A stretch of DNA of 39,888 nucleotides, from assembly GCA_007131755.1 (NCBI GenBank), contig SLPW01000101.1, forward strand, positions 1-39,888, written 5' to 3'. The number at the start of each line of letters is the position of its first letter. Positions within the stretch are counted from its first letter, which is position 1. The notes below the pieces were generated by a model that searched no databases, was not told the DNA's origin, and saw only the letters and a list, made by a program, of their open reading frames with translations. The position numbers and the translations under genes were made by a program. Source of the stretch: Myxococcales bacterium (GTDB lineage Bacteria; Myxococcota_A; Bradymonadia; Bradymonadales; Bradymonadaceae). Of the stretch, positions 7,522-15,416 are shown piece by piece.

Positions 7522-10158
7522 ATGAGATATCGAAGGATGGAGAAGAAGGCTCGGCGATGGATGCTAGCGTCGTTGGTGGCTGCGTTGATGGTGGGCACGT
7601 TGGGGTGCGACGAGGAGATTGAAGATCCGGAGAAGGAGGAGGAGGGGCCCTTCGATTATGTCGAACATGATCCCTATCAACTGGTGCCCTTTCAGGACGG
7701 GGTGGACCGGGAGATGGGGTTTGCGGGAATCGTCGATGATCGCCGCCCGGCAGAAGACGAGGTGCGGGTGGGGCGAATCGAGGGGGAGGAGACGGGGTTT
7801 TTCGGGGTCTGGAGTCACTGTAGGCCCGGGGATTTTCTGCTGACCAATTCGGAGATCGAGGTCTGCATTCAGGAGGAGTCGACGAACCGCTTCGAGACCT
7901 ATTCGGGGGGAATGTTGGTGGACGCCCGGCGCCACGATCAGCCCGATGGGGAGGAAGACGTATTGGATATGGTAATTCCCCTTCTCATCGATCTGTCGAC
8001 GGCATCGGCCGAAAAGGTGGAGGTGGTGCGCGATGGAAGCGACGGTGATGTGGCGGTACTGCGAGTGACGGGGACGGATATCGAACTCGGTCACCTCACG
8101 GGGGTTTTGGGCACCCGTCTTCGTAGTTCTATGGGCGCGACGGTAGAGACGGAATATCGCCTGGAGCCCGGCAGTGATGCAGTGGAGATGGTCACCCAGT
8201 TGACGGTGGACCGAGAACAACCCTTTCACTGGCACGTCGGTGATTGGTTCGCCTACGGCGACCGAGCGCGGGCGTGGTCGCCGGGTCACGGGTTTGGCGT
8301 CTACAGTGGTGAGCAACCCTGGCTGGCCGGCGTCGGCGATGGTCACAGCTTTGCGTTGGTCTTCGAAGATGGGGCCTCACCGATGGGGGTGGGAGAGCAA
8401 TTCGCGATTCCCTTCGCAGAAATGCGCGCCGACCGCATCCAATTCAACGACGAAGATCCGGGGGCCTATCGCCGCTGGTTCGTTGTCGGCGATGGGACGC
8501 TGGATTCGGTGCGCAAGGCCGCAGCCGAGGTGCGTGGCGACGAGCTTTCCGGCGAGCCCGTGTCGCTGAACGTACAGGACGAAGGAGGAGCGCCCGTAGA
8601 AGGAGCCCAGGTGTTGGTGACGCGCGATGGGGAGGCGATCACCTTCGGACATAGCGACGCTCAGGGCAGCCTGGAGTTGGTATTGGAGTCTGGAAGCTAC
8701 GAGGCCCAGATCAGTGAATTCGGGGGGCCCAAGGAGGTGGAGGTGTCCTTCGAGGTTGGCTCCGGAGAGGTGGATCTGACGGTGCCCCAGCTTGCGACGA
8801 TATCATTGGAGGTCAGCGAGGACGTCAGTGCTGAGTGGATCCCGGCGAGGGTGAGCTTCCAACACTCGCAGTGGGGAAGCTGGTTCGATTATGCCGCAGA
8901 CGGAAGCCTGGAGGTGAAGGTTCCCGCAGGGCAGATCGACATCACGGTCACCAGGGGGTTCGAATACGACCTGTATCAGGAGTCTCTGGATCTCGACGTT
9001 GGAGAGGAGCGCGAACTGGACATCGTATTGGTGCGCAGCCTCGACACCGAGGGATGGCGAAGCGGGGATTTCCACCAGCATATGGAGCCCAGCTTGGACA
9101 GCCGGATTAGTGTTCGCCAGCGGGTGTTGGAGAACGCCACACAGGGAGTGGATCTGGCCGTGAGCACCGATCACGACGTGGTCACCGATCTACGCCCGGC
9201 GATCGAAGATCTTGGGCTTCAGGACCACCTGTCGTCATTTCCGGGAGTGGAGATCTCACCGCTATACGCCCATTATAATCTGTATCCCGTGGAGTATCGC
9301 CCGGAGAAACGCGGGCGTGGTTCCATCGAGCTGGCCTTGATGGACGATGGCGAGGTCAAGAAGCGTCGGATGCCGGAGATTATCTCCATGGCTCGTGCCT
9401 TCGAGTCCGATCCGGTAGTGCAGATGAACCATCCTCGAAATAATTCGGGGATGATGAACCACGTCCGATTCGATCCGGAAGACTTCTCAACAGATGGAAA
9501 TGAGGACGACTTCGCCTCCGATATCGATGCCATCGAGGTCATCAATCGATATGGTCATGTCTGCATGGTGCTCGCCGACTGGAGTGGACTGATCAATGCG
9601 GGACATCGAGTCACGGGCCTGGGGAATTCGGATACCCACGGAGCTGACGGGGAGGCGGGAGTACCCAGAAATTATATGGTCATGGACCGCGATCCGGGCG
9701 ATATCGATGCGGAGCCGGTGCGTGAGGCGATTCGAAACCAGCGGGTCAGCGTGGCGTCGCAGGCCTTCATCGACTTTACGGACGGGACCCTTCCGGGAGA
9801 CGAGGTTGAAGTCGGTCCCGATGGGCTCGTGGAATTCGATATCCGGGTGCAGACGCCGGACTGGGCCGAGGCGCTATCGCTATTCGTCATCGTCAACGGA
9901 GAGGTCGTCGAGGCCATGGGCCGTTCCGAAGAAGACGGGCCCTATGATTTCGAGGAGACCATTGAACTGGAGATCGAGGAGGACTCGTGGGTGATTTTCT
10001 GGACCGACGGTCCCCGTCCTAACGCACCCGTTCCGGTGACGAGACAGGTCATCGGATTTACGAATCCGGTCTACCTGAAGACGGGAGGCGGTGAGTGGCA
10101 GCCTCCGGGAGTGCGTCCCCTTGATCTGGAACAGATCGATACGGGATATTGCGATTGA
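7522..10158 (+). CDS. Lipoprotein with carboxypeptidase-regulatory-like beta domain and PHP-type (CehA/McbA-like) metallohydrolase domain
   Basis: Track ORF 7498..10158. The ATG at 7522 follows GGGAGAAAGG. Lipobox ...LMVGTLGC. PHP-like metal motifs SGDFHQH, AVSTDHDVV and GLGNSDTHG. CarboxypepD_reg-like stretch VSLNVQDEGGAPVEGAQVLVTRDGEAITFGHSDAQGSLEL. The start codon is uncertain (7501, 7522 or 7537). Confidence 0.75.
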   Translation: MRYRRMEKKARRWMLASLVAALMVGTLGCDEEIEDPEKEEEGPFDYVEHDPYQLVPFQDGVDREMGFAGIVDDRRPAEDEVRVGRIEGEETGFFGVWSHCRPGDFLLTNSEIEVCIQEESTNRFETYSGGMLVDARRHDQPDGEEDVLDMVIPLLIDLSTASAEKVEVVRDGSDGDVAVLRVTGTDIELGHLTGVLGTRLRSSMGATVETEYRLEPGSDAVEMVTQLTVDREQPFHWHVGDWFAYGDRARAWSPGHGFGVYSGEQPWLAGVGDGHSFALVFEDGASPMGVGEQFAIPFAEMRADRIQFNDEDPGAYRRWFVVGDGTLDSVRKAAAEVRGDELSGEPVSLNVQDEGGAPVEGAQVLVTRDGEAITFGHSDAQGSLELVLESGSYEAQISEFGGPKEVEVSFEVGSGEVDLTVPQLATISLEVSEDVSAEWIPARVSFQHSQWGSWFDYAADGSLEVKVPAGQIDITVTRGFEYDLYQESLDLDVGEERELDIVLVRSLDTEGWRSGDFHQHMEPSLDSRISVRQRVLENATQGVDLAVSTDHDVVTDLRPAIEDLGLQDHLSSFPGVEISPLYAHYNLYPVEYRPEKRGRGSIELALMDDGEVKKRRMPEIISMARAFESDPVVQMNHPRNNSGMMNHVRFDPEDFSTDGNEDDFASDIDAIEVINRYGHVCMVLADWSGLINAGHRVTGLGNSDTHGADGEAGVPRNYMVMDRDPGDIDAEPVREAIRNQRVSVASQAFIDFTDGTLPGDEVEVGPDGLVEFDIRVQTPDWAEALSLFVIVNGEVVEAMGRSEEDGPYDFEETIELEIEEDSWVIFWTDGPRPNAPVPVTRQVIGFTNPVYLKTGGGEWQPPGVRPLDLEQIDTGYCD

Positions 10159-10159
10159 G

Positions 10160-10525
10160 GTTCGTTCGTTGCGCTCGGCTTTGCCTCGCGGGTAGTTACG
10201 CTCGGCGGGGCTTCGCTTGTAGTTGCGTTCGCTGCGCTCACTTGTGGTTGCGTTCGCTGCGCGCACTTGTAGTTGCGTTCGCTGCGCGCACTTGTAGTTG
10301 CGTTCGCTGCGCGCACTTGTGGTTGCGCTCGGCGGGGCCTCGCTTGTAGTTGGGTGCGCTGGACGACGCGCACTTGTAGTTGGTAGTTAACAAACGACGA
10401 GCGAACGCAGTTAAGTGAGCGAAACCACAAGCGAGTGCAGTTCAACGAGCGAAACGACGAGCGAGTGCAGTGCAACGAGCGAAACCACAAGCGAGGCGAA
10501 GCCGAGCAAAACCACAAGCGAGTCC
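10160..10525. repeat. Composite inverted array of short tandem repeats (25-nt period on the left arm, 30-nt period on the right arm)
   Basis: The left arm has direct copies of CTTGTRGTTGCGTTCGCTGCGCKCA starting at 10216, 10241, 10266 and 10291 (the 10266 and 10291 copies are identical), with degenerate copies at 10316, 10343 and 10373. A GTTAAC centre lies at 10386-10391. The right arm has reverse-complement-related units at 10392, 10422, 10452, 10482 and 10509. The outer segments 10173-10189 and 10491-10507 are 16/17 complementary. Confidence 0.85.
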
Positions 10526-10531
10526 TTATTG

Positions 10532-11395
10532 ATGTTGGAACTAGTGAGGGACCGTCTGGATAACACGCTGGTCTCGTCGATCGAGCCCGAGGTGTGGGAG
10601 CGGATTCGGTCGATGGAGGCGGGGCAGAACGAGCACGGATACGATCCGTTCGGATTCAACCCGGAGTCGTTGAAGTATATCGTACCACTGGCGGTGGGGT
10701 TGTATCGCCATTATTTCCGGGTCGAGGCCTACGGGATCGATCAGATTCCTGATCGGGGGCGGGTATTGCTGATCTCCAATCACACCGGCCAGATTCCGCT
10801 GGACGGGATGATGATCGCCACGGCGACGCTGGTCGAGAAGCGTCCGCCGCGCATGGCTCGCAGCATGATGGAGCGCTGGGTGCCATCGATCCCGTTTATT
10901 TCCACAATTTTCGCTCGCTGCGGACAGGTGGTGGGCACCAGAGACAACGCCCGGATGTTGTTGCATCGCGAGGGCTGTATTTTGGTCTTTCCGGAAGGGG
11001 CGCGCGGGATCAATAAGACCTATGATCGGGCCTACGAGTTGGAGCGATTCGGACGGGGATTCATGCGCCTTGCCCTGGAGACAAAGACCCCGATTGTGCC
11101 GGTGGGGGTAGTGGGAGCAGAGGAGCAGATGCCGGCGCTTTATGACGTAAAGCCGCTGGCGAAATTATTGGGGATGCCGGCGTTTCCCATCACGCCCACC
11201 TGGCCATTTTTGGGTCCCTTGGGCGCCCTTCCGCTGCCGGTGAAATACCGAATATATTTCGGGGCCCCCATGGAGTTCGAGGGCGATCCGGACGACGAGG
11301 ATCGGGTGGTGGGAGCGAAGGTGGAGCAGGTTCGCGATGCGATCCGCCAGTTGCTCGCTCGAGGTCTCGAGGAGCGTGAAGGAGTATTCTTTTGA
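10532..11395 (+). CDS. Lysophospholipid (PlsC-type) acyltransferase family protein
   Basis: Track ORF 10415..11395. The first 39 codons lie in the repeat array, so the ATG at 10532 (MLELVRDRL...) is preferred. Acyltransferase blocks: LLISNHTGQIPLDG, ILVFPEGARG, IVPVGVVGAEE. Confidence 0.8.
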   Translation: MLELVRDRLDNTLVSSIEPEVWERIRSMEAGQNEHGYDPFGFNPESLKYIVPLAVGLYRHYFRVEAYGIDQIPDRGRVLLISNHTGQIPLDGMMIATATLVEKRPPRMARSMMERWVPSIPFISTIFARCGQVVGTRDNARMLLHREGCILVFPEGARGINKTYDRAYELERFGRGFMRLALETKTPIVPVGVVGAEEQMPALYDVKPLAKLLGMPAFPITPTWPFLGPLGALPLPVKYRIYFGAPMEFEGDPDDEDRVVGAKVEQVRDAIRQLLARGLEEREGVFF

Positions 11396-12348
11396 CGAGG
11401 CGTTCTAGACGACACCGAAAGCAGCGGGTGGTGATCACCGGCATTGGTGGCAATCTCGGGCGCGCCGTGGCGCGGCGTCTCCATCGCCACTACGAGGTGG
11501 TGGGCATCGACCGGCGCACGGTGCGACATATGCCCAAGGATATCGATATCGAGCAGGTCGATATTCGACGCCGGCGCGTGGAGGACGTCTTCCGTCGGCA
11601 GGATCTGGATGCAGTGGTGCACCTGAATATCATGCACGATCCTCGAACGCGCCAGGACGAGCACCACCAATTCAATATTGTGGGGACCCAGAAGATCTTC
11701 GAGCTCAGCGCCGAAAATCGGGTGCCGAAGGTGATCGTATTGTCCAGCGCCGACGTCTACGGGCCGGATCCGAGAAACGATCAATTCCTCACCGAGGAAT
11801 CAGCGTTGATGGGGGGCCAGAACTTCGAGGCCATCCGCGATCTGATCGCCCTGGACATGTTCTGCAACACCTTCTTCTGGCGTCACCCCGAGATTGAGAC
11901 GGTGATCCTTCGACCGGTGCATATCGTGGGCAGCGTCAACAATGCCCCGAGCAAATACCTGCGTCTGGAGCACCCGCCGACGATCCTGGGATTCGATCCC
12001 ATGGTGCAATTGATCCACGTCGAGGACGTGGTCACGGCGATCGAACAAGCGCTGACCCCGGGGATACGAGGGGTTTTCAATATCGCCGGACCTTCGCCGG
12101 TTCCCCTATCACTGATCTTGAAGAGGTTGGGACGCAAGCCGCGCCCGCTGCCAGAGCCAGCTTTGAAGATGATGTTGAAGACGGCCTGGACACTCAAGTT
12201 GAGCGATTGGCCGGTACCGGAGCTCGATCATATCAAATATATATGCATGGTGGACGACGAGCTGGCACGCGAAAAGTTGGGGTTTGAGCATGAACACGAT
12301 CTCGAGGCGATCCTCCGCGAAGTGAATAAGGAGCCTCAGCCCTGGTAG
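11392..12348 (+). CDS. NAD-dependent epimerase/dehydratase (extended SDR) family protein
   Basis: Rossmann motif VVITGIGGNLGRAVARRL. A TTG at 11392 overlaps the upstream TGA (TTGA); GTG at 11428 is an alternative start. 318 aa. Confidence 0.8.
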   Translation: MTRRSRRHRKQRVVITGIGGNLGRAVARRLHRHYEVVGIDRRTVRHMPKDIDIEQVDIRRRRVEDVFRRQDLDAVVHLNIMHDPRTRQDEHHQFNIVGTQKIFELSAENRVPKVIVLSSADVYGPDPRNDQFLTEESALMGGQNFEAIRDLIALDMFCNTFFWRHPEIETVILRPVHIVGSVNNAPSKYLRLEHPPTILGFDPMVQLIHVEDVVTAIEQALTPGIRGVFNIAGPSPVPLSLILKRLGRKPRPLPEPALKMMLKTAWTLKLSDWPVPELDHIKYICMVDDELAREKLGFEHEHDLEAILREVNKEPQPW

Positions 12349-12880
12349 GAAGCGTTCAGGAAGCTCACGGAACGCCTACAAAGTAGCATATTCTATCGAA
12401 GGGCACGGAAGAATCCACTCGATCCGTATTCACTCTCGGCCAGTATCTATGCGGCTATCTCGACAACACAGCGAACCACTGACTGATCCATAAGAAGGGT
12501 TTTTCGGAGACGATAGCGTCCCCGCTATAGGCAGTCACTGCGACGGACTGCGCAGGACTGCTGATGCGCGGGAGCACATCGTCTCCGGTAGCCCTATTTT
12601 CCAGTCCGAAAGTGGATCGGTATCGAGTGGGAAGAACCGACAAAAAAAAGGAGGTGGGAATACAGAGGATTTACGCTATAGTAGGGCCACTGTTTTTTTC
12701 AGTAGTGCGTGGGCGAACATGAATTCGGGAAGTCCAACGGAGCCTTTTTGAGCGATAGTGGCGATTGAATTCGCAGATCGACAAGGGAACGAGACGAGCT
12801 TGCCGTATCGCCGGGCTTGCGCTCCATGTCCACGGGTCGCGGTTTTATTTTCGAGTAGTCAAGAATAAAAGGAATGAACC

Positions 12881-13444
12881 ATGGATCTGGATAAAGAAGT
12901 TTTTACGACCTTCGAGGCGGCGGATATCTGCAATGCGAATATCACGTCCATCAAGAATTGGATCGATCAGGGGGAGTTAAACGCCTTTCGCACTCCTGGT
13001 GGTCATTATCGCATCGAGCGCGAAGTCCTGGATGACTTCTTGACTCGCCACGGAATGCCAAATCCCTTCGCGCGCAACAGGAAGAAAAGAGTATTGGTGA
13101 TCCATCGCGCAGACGAGGAATGGCTCGATGTGTTGGAGCAGAGATTGGGACCGGAGCACGAATACGATGTTGCAGCAGAGGCGGTGGAGGCGGTGCTCAA
13201 GCTTGGGCACTGGCAGCCCGATGTGGCGGTGGTGGACTGCGGGGTCGAAGAGTTGGATGTGGAGGGATTGTGCAGAACGGTGCGTGAGTACGATGAGCTT
13301 CGGCCGATGACGATGGTCGTGGTCTGCAATGAAGAGATGGAAGGGCGTGCCGAGTCGTTCGTACAGGCAGGCGCCGACGAGACGCTGACCGCCGAATGTG
13401 GACCGGAAGAGGTCTGCCGGGTGTTGCAGCGAGCGTTATCGTAA
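12881..13444 (+). CDS. Excisionase/MerR-type HTH fused to a degenerate (pseudo-)receiver domain
   Basis: The N-terminus FTTFEAADICNANITSIKNWIDQGELNAFRTPGGHYRI resembles excisionase-family HTH domains. The C-terminal alpha/beta domain has the Asp position (PDVAVVDCG). It lacks the acidic pair (VLVIHRADEE) and the conserved Lys (GADETLTAE where GADDYLTKP is expected). Confidence 0.65.
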   Translation: MDLDKEVFTTFEAADICNANITSIKNWIDQGELNAFRTPGGHYRIEREVLDDFLTRHGMPNPFARNRKKRVLVIHRADEEWLDVLEQRLGPEHEYDVAAEAVEAVLKLGHWQPDVAVVDCGVEELDVEGLCRTVREYDELRPMTMVVVCNEEMEGRAESFVQAGADETLTAECGPEEVCRVLQRALS

Positions 13445-13482
13445 CAGTACCGGCTGCGCTAAAGACTCCGCAGCCGGTACTG
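13445..13482. terminator. Bidirectional hairpin terminator between convergent genes
   Basis: Perfect 14-bp stem CAGTACCGGCTGCG (13445-13458) / CGCAGCCGGTACTG (13469-13482) with a 10-nt loop. It starts right after the TAA at 13442-13444 and lies 17 nt from the convergent stop at 13499. Confidence 0.7.
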
Positions 13483-13498
13483 TATAATTGGTGAGCGA

Positions 13499-14806
13499 TC
13501 AGATTCGTCGTGCCTTGACGGTGATGGCATCACCGGCGACGGAGCTGTCGAGGATCTCGAAGCCGGCGCGCTCGATCCGCTTGAGCAATTCGTCGCGGGA
13601 GAACCAGTGAAATCGAGTGGGGAATTCGGCAGCTCGCTTTAAGAGACGTCGAAGAAGTCCCTTTCCGAGGATGAAGGTATCGACGACGCAAATGCCGTCT
13701 GGTTCGAGGACGCGGGCGAAATTGCGAAGGCCCTCGTCGATATCGTTCATCAGATGAAGGGTTCCGGCGCAGTGGAGGCGATTGTAGGCCCCACGACGAA
13801 CGGGAATGCGGGTGCCGTCGCCGCGCAGCAGAAAGACTTTCCCGTCCAGGTTCTCCTGCTCGATATTGCGGCGGGCGTTTTCCAGCATCGGCCAGGACAG
13901 GTCCATTCCCACCACCAGGGGAAGGTCGGCGTCGGAGGCGCTGGCCTCGGCGAGGCCGATCCGCTGTGCGAAGTAGCGGGTGAAATTAGCGGTGCCGCAC
14001 CCGACGTCCAAGAGACGCAGGTCATCTGCCTCGAGATCCAGAAAGTCGGCAGACAGACGGTATTCCTCGCGCATGGGACGTGAGCTGACGATTTTGGTCA
14101 GCCGGGGCCGCATGAACTCCTCGTACATCATTGAATACAGCCGGCTCTCCATGATCCGCTGGCTCACGGAGCGATCCGGAGGGGAGGGAGGAGCGAGATC
14201 GACGATGCCGCGTTTGAAGCTGAATTGGCGCTGGCAGGCCTGACAGGTCAGGCTGCTGGCGCCGACGTCGAAGCGGTCATGGCCGCAGGCGGGGCAGCGA
14301 AGGGTGTCCAGAAAACGCTGCTGGAGGTTAGCGGCAGCGGAGACGGGCCGAATGCGGGCCTGTGCCGGCCGTGGCTCGGCAGATGCGGCCGCCGCCGTGC
14401 GCCCGGCGCCTGCAGCAGGAGAGGGCTCGGGCGGAGGTGTGGGCTCGGGAGCGCGCCCGTTCGTCTTGGGAGTGCGCTCGGGCCGCACAGCGCCGTTTCC
14501 ACGCTCGGCGGCGGATTCTTCCTTCTTCTCCGCTTCCGGCGTGGGAGCCTGAGCCTTCTTCTTTTTGGCGGTGTCCGATTTCTCCGCTTTGGCGATGCGT
14601 TCGGCGGAGCTCAAGATGGTCTTCGCCTTTTTGGCTCCGACACCTTTGAGGTCGGTGAGTTTTCCCTCCTGTCCGAACTCGACGATGTCGGCGATGGAGC
14701 GAATGCCGTGATCGTCGTACAAAAGTTCGGCCATTTTGGGGCCGACAAATCGCACGCGGGAGAGTTCCTCGAGTACTGTGCTCTTACGCTTTGCCATCGA
14801 ATCCAT
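13499..14806 (-). CDS. Class I SAM-dependent methyltransferase with N-terminal helix-hairpin-helix and Trm112-like zinc-ribbon modules
   Basis: HhH-like FVGPKMAELLYDDHGIRSIADI and LKGVGAKKAKTIL. A K/E/A/P-rich linker follows. Zinc ribbon: CPACGHDRF...LTCQACQRQF. SAM motif I: LLDVGCGTANFTRYFA. An alternative start is at 14797. Confidence 0.8.
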   Translation of the reverse strand: MDSMAKRKSTVLEELSRVRFVGPKMAELLYDDHGIRSIADIVEFGQEGKLTDLKGVGAKKAKTILSSAERIAKAEKSDTAKKKKAQAPTPEAEKKEESAAERGNGAVRPERTPKTNGRAPEPTPPPEPSPAAGAGRTAAAASAEPRPAQARIRPVSAAANLQQRFLDTLRCPACGHDRFDVGASSLTCQACQRQFSFKRGIVDLAPPSPPDRSVSQRIMESRLYSMMYEEFMRPRLTKIVSSRPMREEYRLSADFLDLEADDLRLLDVGCGTANFTRYFAQRIGLAEASASDADLPLVVGMDLSWPMLENARRNIEQENLDGKVFLLRGDGTRIPVRRGAYNRLHCAGTLHLMNDIDEGLRNFARVLEPDGICVVDTFILGKGLLRRLLKRAAEFPTRFHWFSRDELLKRIERAGFEILDSSVAGDAITVKARRI

Positions 14807-14897
14807 CCGTCGTCAGACACAAAATTTGTTCATTCCACCAGTGGGTTGATTCAGGGACCGGGTAAACCATAGCTCCCAGTCGGCATTAGACAAGGAA

Positions 14898-14914
14898 TTG
14901 ACGCACTGCGTCAA
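14898..14914. promoter_or_regulatory. 17-nt palindrome TTGACGC-ACT-GCGTCAA upstream of the methyltransferase gene
   Basis: Perfect 7-bp arms about 90 nt upstream of the start at 14806. It could be an operator or a small hairpin; there is no further evidence. Confidence 0.25.
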
Positions 14915-14930
14915 TAGGGAGTTGGAAATC

Positions 14931-15087
14931 GGGTGATGGGTGAACGGCAGGTGATGGGTGGTGGGTGAACGGCAGGTGGTGGGTGTTGACGGCAGGTGGT
15001 GGGTGAACGGCAGGTGATGGGTGGTGGGTGATGGGTGAAAGGGCAGGTGGTGGGTGAAGGGCAGGTGGTGGGTGGTGGGTGTGGGGG
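14931..15087. repeat. G-rich (plus strand) degenerate minisatellite, core GGTGGGTGAACGGCAGGT
   Basis: About 7 variable-length copies directly abut the stop of the ferredoxin gene at 15089. It contains the canonical G4 motif GGGTGGTGGGTGATGGGTGAAAGGG at 15019-15043. It is translated only into spurious P/H-rich ORFs. Confidence 0.8.
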
Positions 15088-15088
15088 A

Positions 15089-15403
15089 TCAGGTCGGTTC
15101 GTCGATAAGTGGTGCGAGGTGGCGCGCGATGAGAGTGGGGCAGTCGTCGGGCTGGACGGCGCGGTACCACTTGTTGTCGGGATAGAAGACGACGGTGGTG
15201 CCGCCGACGTGGCACCACCCCAGACAATTTGTTCGGGTGAGCCAGATGCGGGTGCGCAGGTGATGCTCGTCGAGCCAGTGAGCGAGAATAGCGTGGATTT
15301 TCTCCGCCCCGGCCTCGGCACAGCAGGGCATCGAGGAGTCGTCACGGCTGTTGGTGCATACCAGAATATGGGCCAGGCAATTTGTGGTGTCGACGGGGAT
15401 CAT
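15089..15403 (-). CDS. Thioredoxin-like [2Fe-2S] ferredoxin family protein
   Basis: 104 aa. AGGAGAAGTC precedes the ATG. Pattern HILVCTNSR...CC...C.GWC...GTTVVFYPDNKWY is typical of (2Fe-2S) ferredoxin-domain proteins. The start is 14 nt downstream of the prmC stop. Confidence 0.7.
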   Translation of the reverse strand: MIPVDTTNCLAHILVCTNSRDDSSMPCCAEAGAEKIHAILAHWLDEHHLRTRIWLTRTNCLGWCHVGGTTVVFYPDNKWYRAVQPDDCPTLIARHLAPLIDEPT

Positions 15404-15416
15404 GACTTCTCCTGCG

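Noticed and set aside
10160-10525. Possible CRISPR array
   Set aside because: The repeats are directly abutting with no unique spacers and the two halves are in inverted orientation. No cas genes are present in the window.
10071-10531. ORF 10071..10517 (minus) and the N-terminal SETTSEC-repeat extension (10415-10531) of the acyltransferase ORF
   Set aside because: Both are generated by the inverted tandem-repeat array. The acyltransferase family normally begins near the MLELVRDRL region. The plus-frame extension is kept only as an open question in the repeat finding.
12642-12722. Strong Shine-Dalgarno-like A8-GGAGGTG followed by a 22-codon GTG ORF (GIQRIYAIVGPLFFSVVRGRT)
   Set aside because: The GTG is part of the SD-like sequence itself, so there is zero spacing. 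No ATG is in range. There is no independent evidence for a leader peptide.
12759-12775. Sigma-54-like TGGCGATTGAATTCGC upstream of the HTH/pseudo-receiver gene
   Set aside because: The spacing between the GG and GC elements is one nucleotide longer than the TGGCAC-N5-TTGC consensus and the -12 element is TTCGC. This is too weak to call.
12349-12880. Search for a tRNA, tmRNA, RNase P, SRP or 6S RNA gene in the long intergenic region (and in other spacers)
   Set aside because: I found no T-loop (GTTCRANYC) with acceptor pairing and none of the conserved boxes of these RNAs. GGGAAGTCCAACGGAGCC only superficially resembles the RNase P GGAAAGTCCGGGC box.
14886-15345. Pro/His-rich ORFs (HHPPPAVHPPPA...) on the minus strand across the G-rich minisatellite
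   Set aside because: They are a translation artefact of the GGTGGGTG repeat. The repeat units vary in length and are not multiples of 3. The ORFs also overlap the well-supported ferredoxin gene in another frame.
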